The translations under genes were made by a program, and so were the position numbers. The notes below the pieces were generated by a model that saw nothing but the letters and a program-made list of their open reading frames with translations, made no database searches and was not told where the DNA came from. From positions 7,309 through 71,308 of the forward strand of contig JBDLIM010000002.1 of NCBI GenBank assembly GCA_039714915.1: 64,000 nucleotides of DNA, read 5' to 3'. Below, piece by piece: positions 47,334 through 56,801 of this stretch; within the stretch, counting starts at the first letter, position 1, and every line of letters starts with the position of its first letter. The DNA comes from Bacteroidota bacterium (GTDB lineage Bacteria > Bacteroidota > Bacteroidia > Bacteroidales > GCA-2748055).

Positions 47334-47360
47334 ATCCCGACCCTTATTAAGAGTCGGGAT
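47334..47360 (-). terminator. Hairpin between pckA and plsY (weak terminator candidate)
   Basis: 8-bp stem ATCCCGAC/GTCGGGAT with an 11-nt loop. Only a short, interrupted T-tract follows on the minus strand. Confidence 0.4.
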
Positions 47361-47384
47361 TCATTTATTATTTTCACGATAATA

Positions 47385-49001
47385 TTACAATTGAGGTCCG
47401 GCCGCCACCAGTGCTTTACCCTCTTCATTATCAGTAAACTGCTCGAAGTTGACGATGAAGCGCTGAGCCAGATCCTTAGCCTTGGTCTCCCATTCAGCCG
47501 GATCCTCATAGGTATCCCTTGGATCAAGGATTCCCGGATCCACATCATGAAGCTCGGTGGGAACCTCCAGGTTGAAATAGGGAATCTGGCCGGTCGGTGC
47601 ATTATCAATGGATCCATCCAGGATGGCATCAATAATTCTGCGGGTATCTTTGATGGAGATTCTCTTTCCGGTACCATTCCAACCCGTATTCACCAGGTAA
47701 GCTGTGGATCCCATAGCTTCCATCCGCTTCACCAGTTCTTCACCGTACTTGGTGGGATGCAGGGTCAGGAAGGCTGCACCAAAGCATGCCGAAAATGTGG
47801 GAACCGGCTCAGTAACCCCCCTTTCAGTGCCTGCAAGTTTTGCAGTAAAACCAGAAAGGAAATGATATTTGGTCTGCTCAGGTGTTAGTTTGGACACGGG
47901 TGGCATAACTCCAAAGGCATCTGCAGTAAGGAAAATCACTTTATTGGCATGACCTGCCTTCGATACGGGTTTTACGATGTTATCGATGTGATAAATGGGA
48001 TAAGAAACCCGGGTATTCTGAGTTTTTGAACCATCATCGAAATCTACTTTTCCATCCCCGGCCACAATCACGTTTTCAAGCAATGCATCCCTTTTGATGG
48101 CATGGAAAATATCAGGCTCGCTCTCTTCACTCAGATTGATGGTTTTGGCATAGCAGCCTCCTTCAAAATTGAAGATACCATCATCGTCCCATCCATGCTC
48201 ATCATCACCAATGAGTGCACGCTTGGGATCTGTTGACAAAGTGGTCTTACCTGTTCCGGATAAGCCGAAGAAAATAGCTGTTTCTCCATTATTACCCACA
48301 TTTGCCGAGCAATGCATCGCAGCAATTCCCTGCAGTGGAAGGTAATAGTTCATTATAGAAAAAATTCCCTTTTTCATTTCGCCCCCATACCAGGAACCTC
48401 CGATTACACCCATTCTTTCGGTCAGGTTAAAGAATACAAACACATCCGAATTGAGTCCCTGCTCCTTCCATTTGGGATTGGTGGTTTTTGCAGCATTAAG
48501 TACCACGAAATCGGGTTCAAATACAGCCAGTTCTTCTTCTGTGGGACGAATGAACATGTTCTTTACAAAATGTGCCTGCCAGGCTACCTCCATAATGAAC
48601 CGTACTTTAAGACGGGTATCCTCGTTGGCTCCGCAAAAGCAATCCACAATAAACAAACGCTTTCCGGAAAGTTGTGTTGAAGCAAGATCGTATCCATGTT
48701 CCCATACCTCATTGGAGATGGGTTTATTATCTGATGTCTTTGCTTGGTCTGATCTCCACCATACCGTGTCCCTGGTGGTATCGTCCATAACCACGTATTT
48801 ATCCTTGGGCGAACGGCCGGTGAAAATCCCTGTATCTACCTTCACTGCTCCGAATTCACTCTCTATACCAACTTCAAATCCTTCCAGAGAAGAATCCAGC
48901 TCCTCTTTATAGAGTTGTTCATAACTGGGATTGTAAACTACCTCTTCTACATCGTTGATGTCATACTGGCTTAGTTTTAATTTTTCTAAAATTTGACTCA
49001 T
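47385..49001 (-). CDS. pckA: Phosphoenolpyruvate carboxykinase (ATP)
   Basis: 538 aa. Kinase-1a '[13 protein letters not shown]' and 'IGDDEHGW'. Confidence 0.95.
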   Translation of the reverse strand: MSQILEKLKLSQYDINDVEEVVYNPSYEQLYKEELDSSLEGFEVGIESEFGAVKVDTGIFTGRSPKDKYVVMDDTTRDTVWWRSDQAKTSDNKPISNEVWEHGYDLASTQLSGKRLFIVDCFCGANEDTRLKVRFIMEVAWQAHFVKNMFIRPTEEELAVFEPDFVVLNAAKTTNPKWKEQGLNSDVFVFFNLTERMGVIGGSWYGGEMKKGIFSIMNYYLPLQGIAAMHCSANVGNNGETAIFFGLSGTGKTTLSTDPKRALIGDDEHGWDDDGIFNFEGGCYAKTINLSEESEPDIFHAIKRDALLENVIVAGDGKVDFDDGSKTQNTRVSYPIYHIDNIVKPVSKAGHANKVIFLTADAFGVMPPVSKLTPEQTKYHFLSGFTAKLAGTERGVTEPVPTFSACFGAAFLTLHPTKYGEELVKRMEAMGSTAYLVNTGWNGTGKRISIKDTRRIIDAILDGSIDNAPTGQIPYFNLEVPTELHDVDPGILDPRDTYEDPAEWETKAKDLAQRFIVNFEQFTDNEEGKALVAAGPQL

Positions 49002-49091
49002 AATGTTCCTGTTTTTAAGCTAACGGTGTGTAATATATTCAAACTAAAAGTTATTAGAGGAAATACCTGACAAAAAAGCTCGACAAATATC

Positions 49092-49125
49092 AAAAAAAAA
49101 AGCGGTAAAATCAAGTTTTACCGCT
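49092..49125 (-). terminator. Rho-independent terminator of ppdK
   Basis: Perfect 10-bp stem AGCGGTAAAA/TTTTACCGCT with a 5-nt loop, followed on the minus strand by T9. It lies 34 nt after the ppdK stop. Confidence 0.85.
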
Positions 49126-49159
49126 TAAATGCTATGTTAAAATAGACTTTTTTCTTACT

Positions 49160-51868
49160 CTATCTCAGAGCTGCCTGTGCTGCAGCCAGTCTGGCAATAG
49201 GTACACGGAAAGGTGAACAACTTACATAGTTCATTCCCACGCGGTGACAGAACTCCACTGAATCGGGATCCCCACCGTGCTCTCCGCAAATACCAACCTT
49301 CAGATTCGGATTGGTTGAGCGACCCTTGGAAGTACCCATTTCAACCAGTTGTCCTACACCTTCCTGGTCAAGCGTCTGGAAAGGATCGTTCTTCAGAAGT
49401 CCCTTCTCAATATAGATGGGCAGAAATTTTCCTGCATCATCCCTTGAATAACCAAATGCCATCTGGGTCAGGTCATTGGTACCGAATGAGAAGAATTCAG
49501 CGTGTTCAGCAACCAGGTCAGCTGTCATGGCTGCCCTTGGAATCTCAATCATAGTACCCACCTGGAAGTCACACTTGGCACCCTTCTCTTCGAATACCTT
49601 CTCAGCAGTTGCCCTGATGATCTCCTCCTGCATTTTAAACTCTTTCCAGGTACCGATCAACGGGACCATAATCTCGGGGCGTGCATCCACTCCCTTTTTG
49701 GTCAGGTTCACAGCAGCTTCAATAATGGCCCTGGCCTGCATCTCAGTGATTTCCGGATAGGTGTTTCCTAAACGGCATCCACGGTGTCCAAGCATGGGAT
49801 TGAATTCGTGAAGATCCTCTACCAGTGCCTGAATATCAGCCACGGTAATTCCCATCTCATCAGCCATTACTTTCTGATTGGCTTCATCGTGGGGAACAAA
49901 TTCATGAAGCGGCGGATCCAGCAGACGAATGGTTACCCCATAGCCCTGCATGGCTTCCAGAATGCCTTCAAAGTCCTCTCTCTGGAAAGGCAACAACTTA
50001 TCAAGAGCCTTGCGGCGTTCTTCTTCAGTGGTAGCCAGTATCATTTCCCTCATGGCCTTGATACGCTCACCTTCAAAGAACATATGCTCGGTACGGGTCA
50101 GGCCAATACCTTTGGCTCCAAAATCACGTGCTACCTGTGCATCGTGTGGAGTATCCGCATTGGTACGAACGTCCATTTGTGTATGCTTCCCGGCCAGTTC
50201 AAGGATGGCACCGAAATCACCACTCAGCTCGGGATCAATGGTTCCAACCTGTCCTTCCAGTACATTTCCGGTAGAACCGTTCAGGGAAATCCAGTCTCCC
50301 TCCTTAAAGGTCTTACCAGCGGCAGTCATGGTACGCGCTTTGTAATCGATCTTCACACCACCTGCTCCGGATACACAGCATTTACCCATGCCGCGGGCAA
50401 CAACGGCAGCATGAGAGGTCATCCCACCACGAGCGGTCAGAATCCCTTTAGCAATGTTCATGCCTTCAAGGTCCTCTGGAGAAGTCTCAATTCTTACCAG
50501 GATGGATACGGGATACTTGGCAGCTTCGTCAGCAAAGAATACAATCTGACCGGTAGCTGCTCCAGGTGAAGCAGGAAGTCCCTGCGCAAGAACAGTGGCT
50601 TCGGCCAGTGCACCTTTTTCAAAAACGGGATGAAGCAGTTCATCCAGTTTGGCAGGCTCCTGGCGAAGCAGGGCTGTTTTCTCATCAAGTTTACCTTCAC
50701 GAAGCATATCCATGGCAATTTTTACCATGGCAGCGCCTGTGCGTTTCCCGTTTCGGGTCTGTAGCAGCCAGAGTTTGCCTTCCTGAATGGTGAATTCCAG
50801 GTCCTGCATGTCTGCAAAATAATCCTCCAGCTTCTGCTCGGTTTCATGCAGCTCAGCATAAACCTCGGGCATAACCTCTTCAAGTGATGGGAAGTCAGCT
50901 GCGCGCTCTTCTTCAGTAACTTTTGCAAGCTCGGCCCACCTCAGTGAACCCTCTTTAGTGATCTGCTGAGGTGTACGTACACCGGCAACCACATCTTCGC
51001 CCTGGGCATCGATCAGGTATTCTCCATTGAAGATATCTTCGCCGGTACCAGCATCGCGGGTAAAGGCAACACCTGTACCTGAAGTCTCACCCATGTTCCC
51101 GTACACCATCGCCTGTACGTTTACTGCAGTTCCCCAATCTCCGGGAATCTGATTCATATTGCGATAATAGACAGCCCTTGGAGTTTCCCAGCTATCGAAT
51201 ACGGCCATTACAGCGCCCCAGAGTTGCTCCCATGGATCTACCGGAAAATCGTGTCCGGTCTGATTCTTCACAGCAGCTTTGAACTTCTCAACCAGCTCTT
51301 TCAGGTCATCCACAGTCAGTTCGTTGTCGTTCTCAACTCCGCGTACTTCCTTCACCTCTTCCAGAATGGCCTCGAAAGGATCAATGTCCTCTTTGGTTTC
51401 AGGTTTCAAACCCAGTACAACATCACCATACATCTGTACAAAACGACGGTAGCTATCCCATGCGAATTTCTCATTCCCGGTCTTGGCAATCAGTCCCTGA
51501 ACGGCATCTTCGTTCATACCAAGATTCAAAACAGTATCCATCATACCGGGCATGGAAACCCTGGCACCTGAACGGACAGAAACCAGGCAGGGATTCTCAT
51601 TGCTCCCGAATTTGGTTCCCATGATATCTTCAATGTTCTTAACAGCGGCTTCCACTTCGGTCCTGATCAGCTCAACAACTTTGTCCTGACCCAGTGAATT
51701 GTATTCAGTACATACTTCAGTGGTAATTGTAAATCCGGGAGGTACAGGTACACCAATCAAATTCATCTCTGCAAGGTTGGCACCTTTTCCACCCAGTAAA
51801 TTTTTCATGTCGGCTTTACCTTCGGCCTTACGGTCTCCAAAGGTATAAACGCGTTTAACATCTGACAT
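49160..51868 (-). CDS. ppdK: Pyruvate, phosphate dikinase
   Basis: 902 aa. Phospho-His region 'TARGGMTSHAAVVARGMG' and a PEP-utilizer TIM barrel ('FFSFGTNDLTQ'). Confidence 0.96.
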   Translation of the reverse strand: MSDVKRVYTFGDRKAEGKADMKNLLGGKGANLAEMNLIGVPVPPGFTITTEVCTEYNSLGQDKVVELIRTEVEAAVKNIEDIMGTKFGSNENPCLVSVRSGARVSMPGMMDTVLNLGMNEDAVQGLIAKTGNEKFAWDSYRRFVQMYGDVVLGLKPETKEDIDPFEAILEEVKEVRGVENDNELTVDDLKELVEKFKAAVKNQTGHDFPVDPWEQLWGAVMAVFDSWETPRAVYYRNMNQIPGDWGTAVNVQAMVYGNMGETSGTGVAFTRDAGTGEDIFNGEYLIDAQGEDVVAGVRTPQQITKEGSLRWAELAKVTEEERAADFPSLEEVMPEVYAELHETEQKLEDYFADMQDLEFTIQEGKLWLLQTRNGKRTGAAMVKIAMDMLREGKLDEKTALLRQEPAKLDELLHPVFEKGALAEATVLAQGLPASPGAATGQIVFFADEAAKYPVSILVRIETSPEDLEGMNIAKGILTARGGMTSHAAVVARGMGKCCVSGAGGVKIDYKARTMTAAGKTFKEGDWISLNGSTGNVLEGQVGTIDPELSGDFGAILELAGKHTQMDVRTNADTPHDAQVARDFGAKGIGLTRTEHMFFEGERIKAMREMILATTEEERRKALDKLLPFQREDFEGILEAMQGYGVTIRLLDPPLHEFVPHDEANQKVMADEMGITVADIQALVEDLHEFNPMLGHRGCRLGNTYPEITEMQARAIIEAAVNLTKKGVDARPEIMVPLIGTWKEFKMQEEIIRATAEKVFEEKGAKCDFQVGTMIEIPRAAMTADLVAEHAEFFSFGTNDLTQMAFGYSRDDAGKFLPIYIEKGLLKNDPFQTLDQEGVGQLVEMGTSKGRSTNPNLKVGICGEHGGDPDSVEFCHRVGMNYVSCSPFRVPIARLAAAQAALR

Positions 51869-51934
51869 TAGATAATTGCTTTTAGTTATTAATAATGAGT
51901 GATTTACGAAAAAAATCCTTGAATTTTAAAGATA

Positions 51935-51942
51935 CAAATGTA
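51935..51942 (-). promoter_or_regulatory. Candidate -7 box (TACATTTG on the minus strand) upstream of ppdK
   Basis: Exact TAnnTTTG match 67 nt upstream of the ppdK ATG. Confidence 0.3.
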
Positions 51943-51998
51943 CCTAAAAAATCAATAAAACTGTTCTAAATTAGGCTTAATTAAAAGCGAGTAAAATG

Positions 51999-53258
51999 TT
52001 AGCCGAACTCCTTGATAGCCTCCAACATGGCTATCACGTTTTGAAGAGGCACATTGGCCTGAATGTTATGGACTGTATTGAAGACAAAACCGCCGTCTTT
52101 TGAGAAAATCTCACATTCCTTCAGGACATGAGTTTTCACTTCCTTTGCAGTACCGAAGGGGAGCACCTTCTGGGTATCCACTCCTCCTCCCCAAAAAACC
52201 AGCCGACTTCCGTATTTCTCTTTCAGGAGTACCGGATCCATCCCTGCAGCATTTACCTGGACCGGGTTAATGATATCAAAACCTGTCTCAATAAAATGCT
52301 CCATAAAGGGTTCAACGGCCCCGCAGCTGTGTTTAAACGTCTTCCAGGCTGTATGCTCATGGATCCAGTTGTTTATCTTCTTATAGTAAGGTGCATAGAG
52401 TTCATCATAAGTCTCCAGCGAACAGAAGGATGAATCCTGGGTTCCAAAATCGGTTCCGCAAATAAAGGCCACATCCACCATATCCCCAGTGGCCTCTTTG
52501 GCCCGCTCCAGGTTTTTAAGGGCTAGCTCAGTCTGCTCCTCAAAGATCTGGTGCAGATAATCAGGCCGCATCAGGGTTGACATATACCAGTCGGACACAT
52601 CACGAATCCCTTTGGGATGTTTCAGGTTCATCGCAGGTACCAGCGCAATGTCCCCGATGGCAGTTCCTCCGAAATTAGCCACAAGCCCCCTCTCAGTTCC
52701 GGCTAAGCCGGCCGTACTCTTCCTCCAGTAAGCAAGGTCTTCTTCGCTTATCAGGGAAAACTCCTCCAGGTTATCCTCCGGATTTAATCCTGCCTCATCA
52801 ATGGGAATCTGGCGATTAATTGCATCAAAAAAGAAAGCCGCATTGGGCATCTTTGCACTCGGAGCCACCGAATCATCTCCCTGAGGAAACAGTACCGTAT
52901 CTCCGTTTTCGCCTCTTTTCACCTTAAAAGAGCCAGGTACAAGGACCTCCTGCCCCCAGTGAGTTTTGTATTCCTTCCAGTTTTCCAAACGGTTTCCAAA
53001 CATATCTGAAGGAGGTGACAGTCCAATCACATCCACTCCCATGGCTTCCAGAAGATCTTCCTCAACCTCCCCCAGCATCTGGTATGGCTCTATTGCTTTT
53101 ACCTGCTTAGGTTCCAATCCAAAATGTGCCCTTAATTTCTCAACTACAAGGATATGAATACCTGTTACCGGAGTGGCACCAAAATCTACCACCAGGTGAT
53201 CAGGTTGTTCGTGATTTAAAGTTTTCAGGAGGTTTTCTTTTGAACTCATTGCTGTCAT
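51999..53258 (-). CDS. Uroporphyrinogen-decarboxylase (URO-D) superfamily protein, MtaA/CmuA-like, paralog 1
   Basis: 419 aa. C-terminal 'FKHSCGAV...INPVQVNAAGMDP...FWGGGVDTQ...GGFVFNTVHNIQANVP'. Clearly paralogous to 55443..56681. Confidence 0.7.
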   Translation of the reverse strand: MTAMSSKENLLKTLNHEQPDHLVVDFGATPVTGIHILVVEKLRAHFGLEPKQVKAIEPYQMLGEVEEDLLEAMGVDVIGLSPPSDMFGNRLENWKEYKTHWGQEVLVPGSFKVKRGENGDTVLFPQGDDSVAPSAKMPNAAFFFDAINRQIPIDEAGLNPEDNLEEFSLISEEDLAYWRKSTAGLAGTERGLVANFGGTAIGDIALVPAMNLKHPKGIRDVSDWYMSTLMRPDYLHQIFEEQTELALKNLERAKEATGDMVDVAFICGTDFGTQDSSFCSLETYDELYAPYYKKINNWIHEHTAWKTFKHSCGAVEPFMEHFIETGFDIINPVQVNAAGMDPVLLKEKYGSRLVFWGGGVDTQKVLPFGTAKEVKTHVLKECEIFSKDGGFVFNTVHNIQANVPLQNVIAMLEAIKEFG

Positions 53259-53362
53259 TTATTGGTCCTTGATATTCGAAAGCGCAATTTAGCCATTATC
53301 CTTTACAATTCTAATCTTGAATCAATACATTTGCTGAAAGACTATTTACAAACATTGCACCC

Positions 53363-54052
53363 ATGAATCGAAAGAATTTCTTAAGAATCAGCCTTGTAAA
53401 ACTGCTAGCTTTGATCCTGATCTCCTGGTATATGACAGGATGTACCAACACAGCTAAACTGAGCAAACAGGAGCAAAATGATGGATTTACCTCTCTGTTT
53501 AACGGAAAAGACCTGTCGGGATGGACCGGCAAAAACCATAGTTACGGGATTGAAGACGGAAACATTGTAATCAGGCCTGATAAGGGAGGTGGGAACCTCT
53601 ATACCGAAAAGGAATATTCAGATTTCATATTCTGTTTCGAGTTTAAACTCAGCCCGGGAGCAAACAATGGGCTGGGCATCCGTGCTCCTTTGGAAGGTGA
53701 TGCAGCTTATGTGGGCTATGAATTACAGATCCTTGATAATACGGCTTCTAAATATGAGAACCTGAAAGCATATCAATACCATGGATCCGTGTATGGCATC
53801 ATTCCGGCAAAAAGAGGATTTCTGAATCCGGTTGGAGAGTGGAACAGCCAGGAGGTATGGGTGAAGGGTGAAAACATACGTATCACCCTGAACGGAACAG
53901 TTATCGTGGATGGGAACCTTAAAGAGGCCAGTGCAAACGGTACAGCAGATGGCAAGGAACACCCCGGACTCATGCGGACTACCGGTCACATCGGTTTCCT
54001 GGGACATGGCTCCCTGCTCTGGTTCAGGAATATCAGAATCAAAGAATTATAG
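53363..54052 (+). CDS. DUF1080 (3-keto-disaccharide hydrolase-like) secreted protein
   Basis: 'FNGKDLSGWTG', 'YELQILDN' and 'GHIGFLGHGSLLWFRNIRIKEL'. Confidence 0.8.
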   Translation: MNRKNFLRISLVKLLALILISWYMTGCTNTAKLSKQEQNDGFTSLFNGKDLSGWTGKNHSYGIEDGNIVIRPDKGGGNLYTEKEYSDFIFCFEFKLSPGANNGLGIRAPLEGDAAYVGYELQILDNTASKYENLKAYQYHGSVYGIIPAKRGFLNPVGEWNSQEVWVKGENIRITLNGTVIVDGNLKEASANGTADGKEHPGLMRTTGHIGFLGHGSLLWFRNIRIKEL

Positions 54053-54069
54053 AAAACAAATACTGATAC

Positions 54070-55404
54070 TTACTTTAAGGTCAGAACGATAACTGTATCA
54101 ATCTCCTGCAACTTCTCTTTTGGGATGGTCAGTACAATCCCCTCTTTCGTCTTTTTCACTTCAGCTTTTAAATCGTCATCAAAGAAATGCGCAGATTTTA
54201 TTTTAGCTGTAAAACCTTCGATCTCCAGGCTGCCTCCTTCATGATCCAGCACATGGACATAGACGGTATTTCCCTTTTGGGTGGTAGCTCCCCATTCCTG
54301 TGGCCTGACCGGACCCTTCCGGGTACCATATACTGATTCGCCATAAAGTTCCAGCCACTGACCGATGGCCATCAGTGTATCCACATTCTCGGGTTGGATT
54401 TTTCCATTGGGCATGGGGCCGGTATTTAACAAAAAATTGGCTCCATAACCTGCAGCCCTGACCATGGTCTGGACCAGTTTTTTTACTGACTTATAATTCT
54501 GATCGATAATGTTAAAGCCCCAGGAACCATTCATGGTTTCACACATTTCAAGGGGTACTTCTTCTGAGATACCCGTGTTGTTAAATCCCATGGAGTTCTC
54601 CCCGGGCAGGTCCCGTTCAAACATCATAAAGTCCTCCCCGGGAAAAGGCATTTTATGATGGTTACTCCCTATAAGTGCGCCAGGCTGCAAATTGTGAATC
54701 ATGGCATAGGTCTCTGCAAGCCGCCAGTCCGCATCGGGCTTATCCCACATCCCATCGAACCAGATGCCTCCGATATCTCCGTATTGGGTAAGCAACTCCG
54801 TCAGCTGTGTATTCATATAGTCAATGTAGGTATTCCAGTCCCCCGATTGGGTCCTTCCTTCAATATCCTTGCCCGTACGCCCCAGGGGATAGTAATCGGG
54901 ATGGTGCCAGTCCAGCTGTGAGTGGTAAAAGAACAGCTTTACGCCCTGTCTGTCGCACTCTTTCTTTAGCATGCCTAATACGTCCTTTCCATAGGGTGTG
55001 GCATCAACGATATTATAATCACTGATTTTCGAATCGTACATGGCAAAACCATCGTGGTGCTTACTGGTGATTGTGATATATTTCATACCGGCCTTCTTTA
55101 CCATGGATACCCATTCAGCAGGATCAAAATCAAGCGGATTAAAGAAGCCCGGCAGCTTCTCATATTGCACAGTGGGTATATTCTTCCTTTCCATGATCCA
55201 TTCTGCGATCCCCTGATCGCCCCCGCCACCCATAATGGAGTAGACTCCCCAGTGAACAAAGAGCCCGTACTTGGCGTCCTGGAACCATTCCCGGTTCTCC
55301 AGGTTATCAGCAGTGGGCACATAGTCCTCCTGGGCCAGGGAATACATACTAAAACAGCTTGCAACAAGTGCAAGGACAATGGCTTTACTTAATTGGTGTT
55401 TCAT
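54070..55404 (-). CDS. Alpha-L-fucosidase (GH29)
   Basis: Signal peptide, 'WFQDAKYGLFVHWGVYS', 'TSKHHDGFAMYDS' and 'FWFDG'-type 'IWFDGMWD'. Confidence 0.88.
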   Translation of the reverse strand: MKHQLSKAIVLALVASCFSMYSLAQEDYVPTADNLENREWFQDAKYGLFVHWGVYSIMGGGGDQGIAEWIMERKNIPTVQYEKLPGFFNPLDFDPAEWVSMVKKAGMKYITITSKHHDGFAMYDSKISDYNIVDATPYGKDVLGMLKKECDRQGVKLFFYHSQLDWHHPDYYPLGRTGKDIEGRTQSGDWNTYIDYMNTQLTELLTQYGDIGGIWFDGMWDKPDADWRLAETYAMIHNLQPGALIGSNHHKMPFPGEDFMMFERDLPGENSMGFNNTGISEEVPLEMCETMNGSWGFNIIDQNYKSVKKLVQTMVRAAGYGANFLLNTGPMPNGKIQPENVDTLMAIGQWLELYGESVYGTRKGPVRPQEWGATTQKGNTVYVHVLDHEGGSLEIEGFTAKIKSAHFFDDDLKAEVKKTKEGIVLTIPKEKLQEIDTVIVLTLK

Positions 55405-55442
55405 GATATATCAGGTATTTTGGTTGACATAGATATAGCAAA

Positions 55443-56681
55443 TCACTGCTTATTAATGGATTCCAGCATAGCCACCACATTCCCGGGAGGTACATTGGCA
55501 AGGATATTGTGCACCTGCTGGAATATAAAACCCCCTCCCTTGCTGAAAATGGAAGTCATTTCCTTCACATGCTCCGCCACTTCATGCGCAGAAGAAAGGG
55601 GCAATACCTGTTGAGTATCGCATCCGCCGCCCCAGAAGGTGATTCTATCTCCAAATTCAGATTTTAAGCGCGCCGGATCCATCCCCCTGCAGGAGATCTG
55701 AACCGGATTCACTGCATCCAGTCCTGCATCTATTAAGTCGTCCAACAACTCATAGATTCCCCCACAACAATGCAACTGAACCTTTACTTCAGCAAGTTCC
55801 TTGGCCCTGTTCCACAAGTGCTTGTGATAGGGTTTATAAAATTCCCGGTACGCATCCGGACTGATCATAGGGCCCTGCTGGCTGCCCAGGTCATCCCCAA
55901 ACAGGATTATATCAATGTAAGGTCCCACTGTCCCCAGCCATTTTTCCAGGTTTTTTAAGTGAATTGCAGCAAGTTTCTCGGAAAGCTCAGCTACCTTATC
56001 CGGATATAAACCCGTAGCCAGCAGATAATGGTCCATGCGGTAAAGCATCTGGGGCAGTTCAAACATATTTCCTCCAAACAATCCCACTATGGCCCGATCT
56101 GTCGATTCCCTGTACGCTTTCGCCCTGGACGCCATCTCGGCCAACCCGCTTTCATCCATTTCCAGATGAGCGCCCGGATGTACCACAGCACTCCACATCT
56201 GCCTGCCCAGCATCTCTTCCAGGTCTTCAAAATGATCATTTTCAATTCCTCTGTTCATTAGGGGATAGTGCACCTGTTCAAAATAGAGGCTTCCATTTTT
56301 CAGCACACCCATGTCTGTCCCCTCCTTATCCAGAATATACCAGTCTTCCCCCCTTTTATCCAGTTGGGTATAGAAAGGTATTTCACAGGGTGTTCCATCG
56401 GGCAGGACCCAGGGCTTCCAGTCTGCATCATCCAGCAGGAATCCCCGTCCCATCTCCACCACATCCACCCCAAACAGGTCCAGTACATCCTCATCCACAA
56501 TGGCCAGTTGTTGAACCATATCATACACCCTTACAGGTTTCTCTGCCAGTCCAAGATGTTTTCGAAGACGGTGATAGGCAATGGCTGAAATTCCGGATGA
56601 GCGATGCCCTCCCAGATCCACAGGGATCCGGTCAGGTTCCTTATAATTCATCGAGGCAAGTACTCGTTCGCGTGATGTCAA
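55443..56681 (-). CDS. URO-D superfamily protein, MtaA/CmuA-like, paralog 2
   Basis: 412 aa. 'LHCCGGIY...VNPVQISCRGMDP...FWGGGCDTQ...GGFIFQQVHNILANVP'. Confidence 0.7.
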   Translation of the reverse strand: MTSRERVLASMNYKEPDRIPVDLGGHRSSGISAIAYHRLRKHLGLAEKPVRVYDMVQQLAIVDEDVLDLFGVDVVEMGRGFLLDDADWKPWVLPDGTPCEIPFYTQLDKRGEDWYILDKEGTDMGVLKNGSLYFEQVHYPLMNRGIENDHFEDLEEMLGRQMWSAVVHPGAHLEMDESGLAEMASRAKAYRESTDRAIVGLFGGNMFELPQMLYRMDHYLLATGLYPDKVAELSEKLAAIHLKNLEKWLGTVGPYIDIILFGDDLGSQQGPMISPDAYREFYKPYHKHLWNRAKELAEVKVQLHCCGGIYELLDDLIDAGLDAVNPVQISCRGMDPARLKSEFGDRITFWGGGCDTQQVLPLSSAHEVAEHVKEMTSIFSKGGGFIFQQVHNILANVPPGNVVAMLESINKQ

Positions 56682-56801
56682 GTTGTTTCAGTTTTAAGTT
56701 CGTGTTTCAAATTTAACTCTTTTTAGCCAAGAAGCTCCATTTTGAAATATTACCTTGCAGAATGCGAAGACCATATTCATGAAAAATACCAGCTTACCCT
56801 T

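Noticed and set aside
49784-50569. Long antisense ORFs inside ppdK (49784-50569), fucI (58079-58798, 59102-59899), lepB2 (6410-6916) and the actP/porin junction (29582-30761)
   Set aside because: All are embedded opposite strongly supported genes. None has a signal, motif or start context that argues for translation.
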